This document shows positions 11,641-22,400 of a DNA stretch of 64,000 bases, piece by piece. The DNA is from Felis catus. Lineage: Eukaryota. The notes beneath the pieces are model-generated. The model worked only from the letters and a program-made list of their open reading frames with translations, searched no databases and was not told the origin of the DNA. The stretch is taken from positions 110,424,001-110,488,000 of the forward strand of contig NC_058368.1 in NCBI RefSeq assembly GCF_018350175.1, read 5' to 3'. How positions within the stretch are numbered: position 1 is the first letter of the stretch; each line of letters opens with the position of its first letter. The position numbers were made by a program, and so were the translations under genes.

Positions 11641-12824
11641 ATACACAGTCCCAGAGCACAGAGACTTATTGGATTACAGGCTTCCTAATTAGATTTCCTT
11701 GGAGGTTTCTCTCTGAAGAGTTTAGTCTCTGAACTGTGAACTTACTAGAGTTTGCTTGTTTGTGGGTTTTCTTGTAAGACAAAGAACATTTCAAATTGCA
11801 GGCTGTGGACTCCACCTGTGAAGGGTATGGGATGTGGATGTGGTCTGACTCCTTCTGTGACCTGGGCAGGGCCACCATTGTGACCCGAGTGCCTGAGGAT
11901 GTATCACATGGATGAGGATTTGTGAGCCTGGCAAGACTGCCAGTTCCCTCTTCTCCCTGCACCACCCAGATGTGCTTGGCCGTGGTGATGGAGATGAGAG
12001 TAGCTGTCACTATCCAAGAACTTACCTTCCTTCTCCTGATACCACATTATAGCTATTCCTTACCCACCATTTCCTTTCTTCTGGAAGAGCTGACACACTT
12101 GTCCAAGAACAGATAAGTTTCTCCAGTGGGAGATGAAGCGATTTTTGATTACAGGGAGTAAGTGTCCACAATGTGGGCAGTTGAAGATATCCCAGAGGTG
12201 CGAGCCTGGCATATAGGAGTCATGGTTGCCACCCCAGGCCTAAGGCTACTGATACAAATGGAGCTTTTACATCAATGAGGTGACAGAGCCTAGACTAGGG
12301 CCCCACAGATCTTACCCCTCTTCCTTCTCACTGCCCAGAAGTTTGCAGGGGTCCTCAGCTGGGGATTTGCAGCAGCCTCTATGCAAAGAAAAGTTGCTGT
12401 CATGGAACTCACTGTGTTGGAGCTCACTGATCAATTGCCTTCCCCAGCACCATCCCATTATGGAGGCAGCTGTGCCTCTCAGACTCCACTGCCAGGCAGG
12501 AGGAGGGCCACACCATTGCCGACAAAACACCTCCCGTTACTTTTATACACCCACCATTAGGAGATGTGAGGTTCCACCAGACTGGGTCTCTCGGAAGAGC
12601 TCACATGTTTATCTTGCCCACTCATGGCAGGAGCCAAATCCAAAGACAAATGAACAAATACAAGGATATAAATTAAATAAATAGACAAAAAGAATTTCTG
12701 AGAAGAGCAGAAATCGCTTCTAGGTCTTTACCCATCATTAAACCAGCCATCCCACAATCTGATCTGGGAACTCCTGAAAATTTCCAAGAGTCCAAAGGAA
12801 AGACAAATGCCCTTCAGGAGAGAC

Positions 12825-13035
12825 AGCTCACATTTACTGAGCATCAAGGGTGGGCTAGGTGCTGTGCTAAACACTTAGCATACATGATCGCCTTTGATCC
12901 CCACAACAGCTCCGTGAGGAAGGTACAATTATCAGCCCCATTTTGCAAATGAGAAAACTGAGAATCAGAGAGGATAAGCAGTCTGCTAAAGGGCACTCAA
13001 CTATTAAGGAGGAGAACAGAGATTTGCATCAAAAT
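12825..13035 (-). mobile_element. MIR SINE
   Basis: CATTTACTGAGCA...CCCCATTTTGCAAATGAGAAAACTGAGAATCAGAGAGG core. Confidence 0.85.
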
Positions 13036-14065
13036 GTAAGCTCCTAAATGTTGAGCAATACCACCTTTCAAAGGTAGAAGAGAGTTGTTTCAATCTGCTT
13101 ATACAAGAAATTGACACATGTCCAAACTTCAAAGTAGGAGAGGCATACTCTCTTGTAAGCACATGCTTCAAGTCCGGCCCCTGCCCTGCATTAATCCATA
13201 AAGCAACCCAGATCCATTTTGTTAATACCTCAATCTTGATATTAAAATACTTGTGACATTCAAACCTATATCCTCAGCCTGGTCCAGATAGTGTGTGTCA
13301 ACCCACCCCCATTTCCCACCTCCACCCCTCACCAAATCCCACCGCAGGCCATGCAATGTTCACCCACTGATTGAAATAATGCAATTAGGGGATATAGAAA
13401 ATCCATTCCACATGGTGCCATCTGCATTCTCCTCTGACAGCTAATTTGATTGGCGCTCTCTAATCAATAAAGCACTCACGCAGCAGCCGGATAATTCACC
13501 TCGATTTTTCCTACACCATTTATAAGTGAAAAACACCCCTTATCCTGCTTCTGCCAGTGACCCAGGGCCAGGTGGTGAGCCTCTAAGATAAAAGGCTTGT
13601 GAAATGGTATAGAATGTACTAAAGGTAGTCGTGTTGGGTTCACACGGCCAGTTCCACCTTATGGATGGGTGCTGTTCTTGGCTGGAAGCAACGGTACCTG
13701 TCCTTGTGTTTCCCAGCCCTACTCATTCTCTAGAGGCATAGAAAGGAAGCCCAGTCTAGGTGACATAGGTGGCCCAAGCAGTCTCCATCTGGGAAGAACG
13801 TGAATCCTGATCTTTTTACCCTACTGGACAGTTTGAAGGTCAGGATGGCTGGATGAGCAGACAGATGGACAGAAGGGTAGATGGATGAGTGGATGGGTGG
13901 GTAGGCAAATATACAGGCAGGCATATGAAACAGCAAAGGAAGGATAAAGAGAGAAAGAGTTGGGGAGATAAAGAAGGAGAAGCTGGCATGACTAACATAA
14001 ATGGAGGACGCTGCCCTATTAATCCTGTGCTGATGACACAATCCTGGTCAATGGCGACCAAGTAA

Positions 14066-14495
14066 CTTAGGTCAGATTCCCTAGAAACAAGAACTAAGAC
14101 AGCATTTGGGTCTATGTGATCTACGGAGCAACTATTCTCAGGAATATTTATTAGACTCAACAAATAGCATTGGGAAGAGTAAGGGAGCAGGACAAGGCAG
14201 AGGAAGGAGCAAGCGAGGATGTGGGTGCAGCTGCGGTCTGACCTCAGCTGGGCACTGTGCTACCAACTGCCCCCACAAAGTTGGTCTCACCTTGAGTCAA
14301 GTGGGCTGATCTTTTGTACCCCTTTGTCTGTCAGCCACTGGCCCGGGAGGAAGCAGAGCGGGTAAAACATCTTGGGAGAAGGTAGCTCCCAGTTGCCAGA
14401 GCACAATTCCTAGAAAACTCACAACACACAGCAGCCAGGGAATGGGAACTCTGGTAGGAAAGGTAGTCAGGACGGGCACCAAGAGCAACCACCAC
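14066..14495 (-). mobile_element. ERVL solo LTR (LTR16-like)
   Basis: CTTAGGTCAGATTCCCTAGAAACA terminus, CTTTTGTACCCC, ends CACCAAGAGCAACCACCACA. Confidence 0.65.
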
Positions 14496-14684
14496 ATCAT
14501 TTCATACACTGCAAGAGCCAGAGAGCCCAAAGAGTCACAGAGCCCTACGCCCGCCCCCCCCCCACCCCAGGTAAGATGCTCAGGCTGTCGCAACACATGA
14601 CAGGTGGTATCAATACCCCCCTGCTCTATTGAGTGATCTCAAGCATTCCTTTTTCCACACGTCATTCTTTAAAAAGCCAACCCA

Positions 14685-14890
14685 GTGGCTCAGTCAGTTG
14701 AGTGTCCAACTTCGGCTCAGGTCGTGATATGTTCGTGGGTTTGAGGCCCGCTTCAGGCCCTGTGCTGGCAGCTCAGAGCCTGATGCCTACTTTGGTTTTT
14801 GTGTCCCCTCTCTCTCTGCCCCTCCCCTGCTTACGCTCTACCCCTCTTTGTCTCTCAAAAAATAAAATAAAAAATGTCACAGAAAAATTT
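14685..14890 (+). mobile_element. CanSINE, slightly 5'-truncated
   Basis: Begins GTGGCTCAGTCAGTTGAG; degenerate TSD AAAGC(C/T)AA(C/T)CCA. Confidence 0.92.
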
Positions 14891-16287
14891 TTAAAGCTAA
14901 TCCAAAATGGCACAGTGGGTCAGTGTGACCTCTCTCTGAGCCCTTGTGAGTGAGGGTGGGTATAAGATGTGGCTTAGGAGATGTTTCTGTCTTTACATAA
15001 ACATTCAGGACTTTGCAACTCGTCATTGGCTTCTAAAATCTTTGGAAGACTCCAGCACTATCTATCCCAAGAACCATCACCTCTCCAGGACCAAAAGTCC
15101 CATATCATGGTAGACCACATCCCATTAACTGCTGCTTCTGGACACTGAAGAAGAGAGTGTGAACATGGCATTTTGCCCACATAGCCGTCTCTCATGGGGG
15201 TCATGACATCAGTGCTGTGGACACCTGCACCCTCTAACCTCAGGTCAGTCTACATGGTGAGAAAGCAGCTCATTAATCTGAACACAAATACAGTCATTCA
15301 TCTTGGAGCTTGGCCCACATGATGCCAAGGGATAAGCAAGGCTATCCTGTGGGATGGAATGAGCACACAGGCATTGGGGCAGGATACATCCAGCCATCAT
15401 CACAAACGCCCTCCGTGCTCACAAACCTCAGCTCCCCAAAGTCTGTTGGCTCATAAACACTGGCTGAGCACAAGAGCACCACCCCAAAAGAAGAAAAGTC
15501 AAGGTGCAAAAAAAAAGGGTCATGATATACGAAGAAATAAAAGCTGTCTTCAAGGTGACAAAGATACCTACACAGTGATGGGTAGGGAAATCTCAGCTAG
15601 AACTGCTGTCAGGCAGACCTTTATACAAAGTTGGTACACACAGAGGAGCAGCAGACCCACTTATGGGGGCACAGCAGACCCACTCATGGGAGCGCATAGT
15701 ATGCCTGGATAATGAGAGTCTCTCAGTCCTCAGAGGGGTGGCCCTAAGGACAGAGATGTGGAAAGGACATTATGAAGGGAAAACCAAATGAAAGTCTCAA
15801 TGAGCTACTGGAAATTAAATTGTTTCCTCCTCTGGGGACTCATGGCTCTTCCATTTGGACCCTGTGAATTAGACGTCCGTGTGGGCTCTGCAGTCTCCCT
15901 GGGGCAACGATGTGCAAACCAGGTGGGAGATCAGGGTGTCCAGGCAGATAGCTGGCTAACTGACCCCAGGAGCATGCACAGTGGAGATCAAAGTCCATAG
16001 GCTGAAATGTGATGTGTCTCACACAGATTTATCATCAGCCCCCTGGAAATTCATCTGTGGGTATGATTTATTTGCTACTTTTAGATTCAATGGGATTAGC
16101 AAAGAAAATATTTGAGTATTCTTTTCATCTGAAAAAAACAAAAGCCTGATATGGGAATCATCTCTCCCAAGAATAAGTATACCAGATGTAGGGAGAATCC
16201 CTCCTAATGCCCGAGAGCAAAAATCACCCAAGTACAACTCAGATGCAGAGAACCCTGGCTGTCTGAGTTAGAAATGATTGCAAAAGT

Positions 16288-16474
16288 GGGGCGCCTGGGT
16301 GGCTTAGTTGGTTAAGTGTCTGACTTTTGCTCAGGTCATGATCTTGTGGATTGTGAGTTTGAGCCCTGTGTCAGGCTCTGTGCTGACAGCCTGGAGCTTG
16401 GAGCCTGCTTTGGATTCTGTGTGTGTGTGTGTCTCTCTCTCTCAAAAATAAATAAACTAAAAAAAGAGAGAGAA
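16288..16474 (+). mobile_element. CanSINE
   Basis: Canonical head; TSD AGAAATGAT(T/G)GCAAAA. Confidence 0.95.
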
Positions 16475-16729
16475 AGAAATGATGGCAAAACCATAGAATA
16501 CAAGCTCTCATTTTCACAAGTGAGGTGGTTCAGGCTCAAGCGAAGGCAGAGACACAAGGTCTTAGGGCAGGTTAGTGGTAAGAACAGCCCCAGACCACAG
16601 CAATCTGGAGAACACTTCTCTGGAAAGGGCAGAGGATCTAGAAAAAGGCTCAAACCTTCTGTTGAGTAGTAAATCCCTACCCTGTGATATTCATGACACA
16701 GTGCTTCGTGCTTCTGGCATCCTGCCTTC

Positions 16730-16985
16730 AAATGCATGGACTTCAGAGTCACAGACCTCAGTTCAAAGCCTATCTCTACAACTTACTGCCTTTGTGACCT
16801 TGGAAAAATTACTTCACTTCTCTGTACCATGGTTTCCCCACCTGTACAAAAGGACTGATTATCATGCATGATCACAATCTCAGGGATTTGTATAAGGATT
16901 AAATGAAGCAATTCAGATGAAGTGCTCAGCAAATTAAATTCTTTTAGATCTAATAGTATATTCCCAAATAAATGGTAGCTGCTGA
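16730..16985 (+). mobile_element. MIR SINE
   Basis: TGTGACCTTGGAAAAATTACTTCACTTCTCTGTACCATGGTTTCCCCACCTGTACAA...AGGATTAAATGA. Confidence 0.85.
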
Positions 16986-17076
16986 CGTTTAGGAATCAAA
17001 GTTATTTATCATTATCTGTAAACAGATACTAGGAGGCAAGGGTAGGAGTAAATTCAAGTCACGTCCTTTGTGAAAC

Positions 17077-17592
17077 TGTGGTAAACATTTATTGTTTGCC
17101 TTCTGGAATTTACCCCCCTCAAAAAGCTCCTCATTTCCATTCGGTCCTCTTAAGGCTGGCTGTGTACCCCAAGGGTAGGTCTTGTGAGCTCCTTCTGTCC
17201 ACCAGCGATTGGTTCAGGAGCAGTCACGTAAGCCAAGCTAGTCCGATGAGGGTGAATCTCAGGGATTTCCAGAAAAGTGGATACTAAGATGTTTCTACTT
17301 CCTGCTTGATGTGGATGAGGAAGCTGTAGCCCCGGTACCTGCTGGCAGCCATCTTGGGTCCATTTAGGGAGGCACCCAAAAGCAAGTGCAGAAAAATGGA
17401 AAGAAGTTGCGTCCCTGGTGACATTATTGAGTTCCTGGATCAATCCTTACCTGAAGTTATATCTGGACTTTTCTATTAACTGAACCAGGAGATTTTCTTC
17501 ATGGTTTGAGCCAGTTTGATTGTTTCTTTTTTTTTCTTTCCTTTCTTTCTTTTCTTTTTTTTTTTGTCACTTGCAATGCAAATATTCATAAT
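17077..17592 (+). mobile_element. MaLR solo LTR (MLT1K/J-like)
   Basis: GATTGGTTCAGG...GGCAGCCATCTTG...CCTGGATCAATCCTTACCTGAAG...GCCAGTTTG...TGTCACTTGCAA. Confidence 0.8.
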
Positions 17593-17708
17593 CATTAAAA
17601 TGATCTTAAATGTCAAATCCCACCTTCCACTTTTCTAAGTTGGAACTTACCTAAGCACAGTTGGAACTATCCTCTTCTTCAGAATAAGTGGTAAGGGGGG
17701 GGGGGGTG

Positions 17709-17922
17709 GGGGCGCCTGGGTGGCTCAGTCCATTAAGCATCTGACTTCAGCTCAGATCACGATCTTGCAGTTAGTGAGTTCAGGCCCCACGTGAGGCTCT
17801 GCTGACAGCTCAGAGCCTGGAGCCTGCTTCAGATTCTGTGTCTCCCTCTCTCTCTCTGCCCCTCCCCTGCTCATACTCTGTCTCTCACTCTCTCAAAAAT
17901 AAATAAAAATTTAAAAAAAAAG
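17709..17922 (+). mobile_element. Feliform CanSINE, first of a tandem pair
   Basis: Canonical head and body; preceded by a G-run. Confidence 0.95.
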
Positions 17923-17937
17923 AAGAAAAAATGGCAT

Positions 17938-18115
17938 GGGGGACTTGGGGGGCTCAGTTGGTAAAGCAACTTTGGCTTTACCAGAGAGCAACTTTGACTC
18001 TTAACTTTGGCTCAGGTCATGATCTCACAGTTTGTGAGTTTGAGCCCCACATTGGGCTCTGGGATGACAGCGCAGAGCGTGCTTGGGATTCTCTCTCTGC
18101 CTCTCTCTCTTTCTC

Positions 18116-18154
<39 letters not shown>

Positions 18155-18168
18155 ACTTTAAAAAAAAA
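17938..18168 (+). mobile_element. CanSINE, second of the pair, with (TAAA)n tail
   Basis: Head with an internal insertion; flanked by AGAA(A/T)AAATGGCATG. Confidence 0.92.
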
Positions 18169-19357
18169 AGAATAAATGGCATGATATTCTCTGGTTTTTC
18201 TAAGACCCCTGTCAGGACCTTGACTCTGTAGTTTCTAGCCCTGTGTCAGACACAAGCCCTGCTCTCCCTATGTGACAAGTGCCTCACATAATTGAGGCTT
18301 TGATCTTTGAAAGCCTATGGCCTCTGCTGTGCTGCAAGGCCCACAGATGAGGCCATCACCAGGTACCAAGACATCCCTCTATAGGTCCTGCCCTGATGCA
18401 GAGCGTGTGGGCGATGACACTATCAAGCAGAGGCAGCTGTAACTGAACTCAGCTCTTTGCTCCAACAGAAATCAAAGCCCCGGCTCCTCACCCCTCTTCC
18501 CTGGGAGTCCAGCATTATACCACCAGGGACAAAAAGCCATATTATCAGCTGACACATTTTCCTCCATCTGTCTCCCCTTTCTGCTGTCTGGGCTAAATGC
18601 AAGCATTCAGCCAGGCCTGGGCTGGACCAAGATGCACCTTCCTGTCCACTAAAGAACGGATGCATGTGGGAACTGAATGGTTCCCCCAGAGGATTTTAAA
18701 CATTCCACTTGGGTTTCCATGGTAATTGTACAGAGCCGGCACTCAATAAGTGTTTGTTAAATTGAATTTATTGAAGAGTAAAGTGCATTGGATATTCCTA
18801 TACTTGGACTGCATTGCCACAGAAAATTTTCTGGCCTGAAAAAGGGACAATCTGAGAGTTAGTGGCAGGGAAATTCTACCATCCTTGGGATCAAGGCTGT
18901 TGATTCTCATGGATGAGGACTCAGCTCTGGCCTGCTTCCTCCATGTGTACCAGGAAGATGGAATTCTTTAAGAAACCAGGGTTGTTTAGGTACAAAAGAA
19001 ACACTCAGTTTTCAAAAGAGACACTCACTTCTGGCCCATTCTGCATGACCAGAAAGGTCTGCAGAGTGAAGATATCTGCTCATCAGGGCAGGCTTAGCCC
19101 TTCCCAAGGATATACCCCACAGGCCCTCTATGGATCTATCTCCCCTTCCAACTGCATGATCCCCAAGCTTTGTCTTTATTGGAAAACGTTTTAGACCCGG
19201 ATTAGAATTTAACAGGCAAAATTGCTGAATAAGAACAAAAAGTAAAAAGTCACCAGCCCCAACAGGGAATCAATAGTATGCAAGTCGATAAACACATAAG
19301 AATAACAAGCCATGGAGGCTCTTGGTGGGAAAGGGGGGGGATGGTTACAATTTTTAA

Positions 19358-19463
19358 GTTTTTACTTATTTTTTAGTAATCTCTACACCCAACATGGAGC
19401 TCGAACTCATAATCCTGAGATCAAGAGTCGCATGCTCTTCTGACTGAGCCCGCCAGGCACCCC
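19358..19463 (-). mobile_element. Short, older-type carnivore SINE
   Basis: AGTAATCTCTACACCCAACATGGAGCTCGAACTCA...GATCAAGAGTCGCATGCTC...CCAGGCACCCC; TSD GGTT(A/G)CAATTTTTAA. Confidence 0.92.
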
Positions 19464-22400
19464 AGGTTGCAATTTTTAAATTCACATAGAGAATATACAC
19501 AGATTGACGTTCCTTTCGCCAGCAGTCCAAACAAATATAAACACCACCTTCCCCAAGCCTGTGACAGCTGGGCTGTGTCGCTAATAAGTCATCTCCTTGG
19601 CAGAAGTGTAGAATTAAACATCAATTTCAAGGTGCCCTGCCCTTTGACCCCTCAGGCTCATGAGACTTGCCCACAAAAACTTTGCTTGGGGCCGAAGCTG
19701 CCTGGCAGATTCATCCACAAACCTACTCCCATCCCGTTCGCTGAAACTGCCACTAGTCAGCTTTGTTAAAACTACCAACTGTCATTTTGTCAATAGGGAC
19801 AGCCCATTTCTGAGGTCAAATCGATTCCACAACAAAGTTTTGAGTGACAACATTACCCCTGGAGGGGTTCCAGAAGCCTCTGCTTCTGCATCCTCCTCAC
19901 ATTAATGACAAACAAGTTCCCCATGATGGATATACCCGCAATTAATATCGAAGGGACAGTTAATGATTTCAAGGCACCGCTATACAGGCCTCATATTTCA
20001 AATTTAAAACTCTCCTTTCAAAGTAGGATTGGTTTTTAAAGCCTAGAAATGAATGCTAATATATTAGGCAAAACAAGTTTTTTGACGCCTCAAAAAATAA
20101 AGCAAAGAAAATTAATAGGAAGAACTCCACTCAGTTGAAACAACCCCATTATCCTTGAAACACTCATAGTAAGGCTCTGTACTACAGGCCTGTCTTATCA
20201 CTCCTTGTTTCAAAGGATTTTAGATCTAAAAATCAGGGATTCTAAAGTGTAGACATACATCATTCTGAGGAGCACATTGGTTAGCAAACAGGCCTTAAAC
20301 GTGTATGTGATTGTCATTCTTTCTCATTTATAGGCCACTGGAGATGATTATAAATGAAAGTTCATGAACATGGCTCTGTCCTTTCAGACAGATACATGCA
20401 CATAGTTATTCATATATTTCTTCTGAAGGAAAATTAGAAATTTACAAAGCAAAAAAAAAAATTTTTTTTCCATTTAATTTCTGAATCACAAAATCAGTTT
20501 GGCTCCTGAATCTGGGAAAATTGCTTTCTAAATATAGTGACTTTTTCCCCCAGGCAGAAAAAAAAATAATTTCTGGCCCAAAAAGCCAAACAAACTGCTA
20601 GCAGTGATCAAATGAAACACCAATTCCACCCTAAATGAATAAGAACCAGAGCAGAAGGAAGAAGGGTATTGCAAAGAGACATCGACAGTTTGCAAAGAGC
20701 TGTGTTCCAAGAAAAAAAAGAGAGAGAGAGAAGTGGAATAGACATTTAGGTAATAAAATGACCAAATTAGCCACTGAAAATAACAATGGCAGACCATCGG
20801 CAACCGCTATACTGTCTAGCCCAGCTGTGAGAATAAAAAGCGGAAGAAACAGCCTCTGCCCCAGGCTGAGGGCTGGAGGAAATGCTCCAGTAAGTCCTCC
20901 TGGCCACCAGGGGTGCTGTGAAGAGAGATGAGAAGCTTCTCTTTGACCATGAAAGCACATGGCTGAGAGGCCATACCTTAGCCCTGCCAGGTTTTCCCCA
21001 TTGTTCATTGTGCCTGATGTGGGCCCTCTCCCACAGGTGTCCTCTGGGGACTGAGGCCTCCTGCCATCTACTGCAGTGACAGCAGAGAAAGCATGACCTA
21101 GGAGGCTGGGGCACAGGGCTAGTCCAGTGTACTAAACGTGCCACCCCTGTTATTCTATAAAAACATAAGATTTCCCCTCTCCAACTTTCTTTAGCTAGCT
21201 CTGGCAGGCCCATAGCTAAGGGACACAGAACCCAACCCCAATGATTCTATCAGAGCAGTTGGCACCTGGTAATTTAGTGGCCCTTTACTGCAACACTGAT
21301 CAATCCTGATTGCAATTCCCACAACACAAAGCAACCACTGTTAGTAACAACCTCTCGTTTGTGCAGAGACCTCTGGTTCTCCCAGAATTATGCTTACAAC
21401 AAAGTGCCTCAATCAGCCCACCCCAGCCAGATGTATGAGTCCAACATGAGGCTCTTAAGCTCTATTGTTACCAATTAAAAAAAAAAAAAAGGTTAAGAGA
21501 GAATATAAACCAAGATAGATTATGTAACCAGGCTCTAATAAGATCTACTGATTAGAGAATGAATGTAGGTTAATTTTCTTTTTGTTTTTATTAGCACCTA
21601 AAGAGCTTCTGGCAAACTTCTGTATACCCTTGATTGTGTTCCTGTCCCCTGTTCCTTGGCCAACTTCTTCCTGGCCTCAGACCTTGTCTGGGTCCTGGGG
21701 TAAATTGGGAGTGAGGCTAGAGGATGACTTAGGTCACATTGGTGGGGAATGGATAGGGAGTCCCAAGGGGCAATTAAAAGGCTGAGCTACTCAGTTTTGA
21801 GCCCCTAAACCCTGCCTTCAACCAATGACACCCCCCCCCCCCCGCCCCATCCCTATGGAGTCGCTGGGGGAAAATTATGCATACAAGACAAAAGGAAGTT
21901 TCTAAATTGCTAACTGGGGATTTGCATGCTTTCCCAGAGAGATGCTCAGGTTGTTGGGCAGATGGGCCAGATGGAAAGGCCCTTTGCTCTGGGCCAAAGG
22001 CAGCAGAGTTAGCCAAGTGCCCCTCCTTAAATACAGACAAACCCAACATCATGGCCCAATCAACTGTGGCCTTCCAACTGTGAGGGTAGCAGCACCAGGC
22101 CCTGCCTGCTCAGCCATGTGGGGAACAGGCAGAAGGAGGCAGGGAGAGAGAGCTGGGACCACAGGTAAGAAATTTTTCAAGAGCTGCTCTCTTGTGATAG
22201 AGCTGGAGGAGCAAACTTGGAGGCCGCGGTGGAGGGCAGACATGAGACTGTAGGAACCCACAGGCATCTCAAGGTGCTAGCACCAGGTCTTGGGGCAGGA
22301 GGAGGTGGGGGTCAGAGGTGAAGGAACCTCTGGGGGCAGTGGGTTGCTTATGGGTAGATGATGAGTCACAGGAGCTCATCCCGAACACTCAGCACCTCCC

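Noticed and set aside
20900..20918. CTCF site TGGCCACCAGGGGTGCTG
   Set aside because: Lacks the GGC core register of CCASYAGRKGGCRS; not supportable without a PWM scan.
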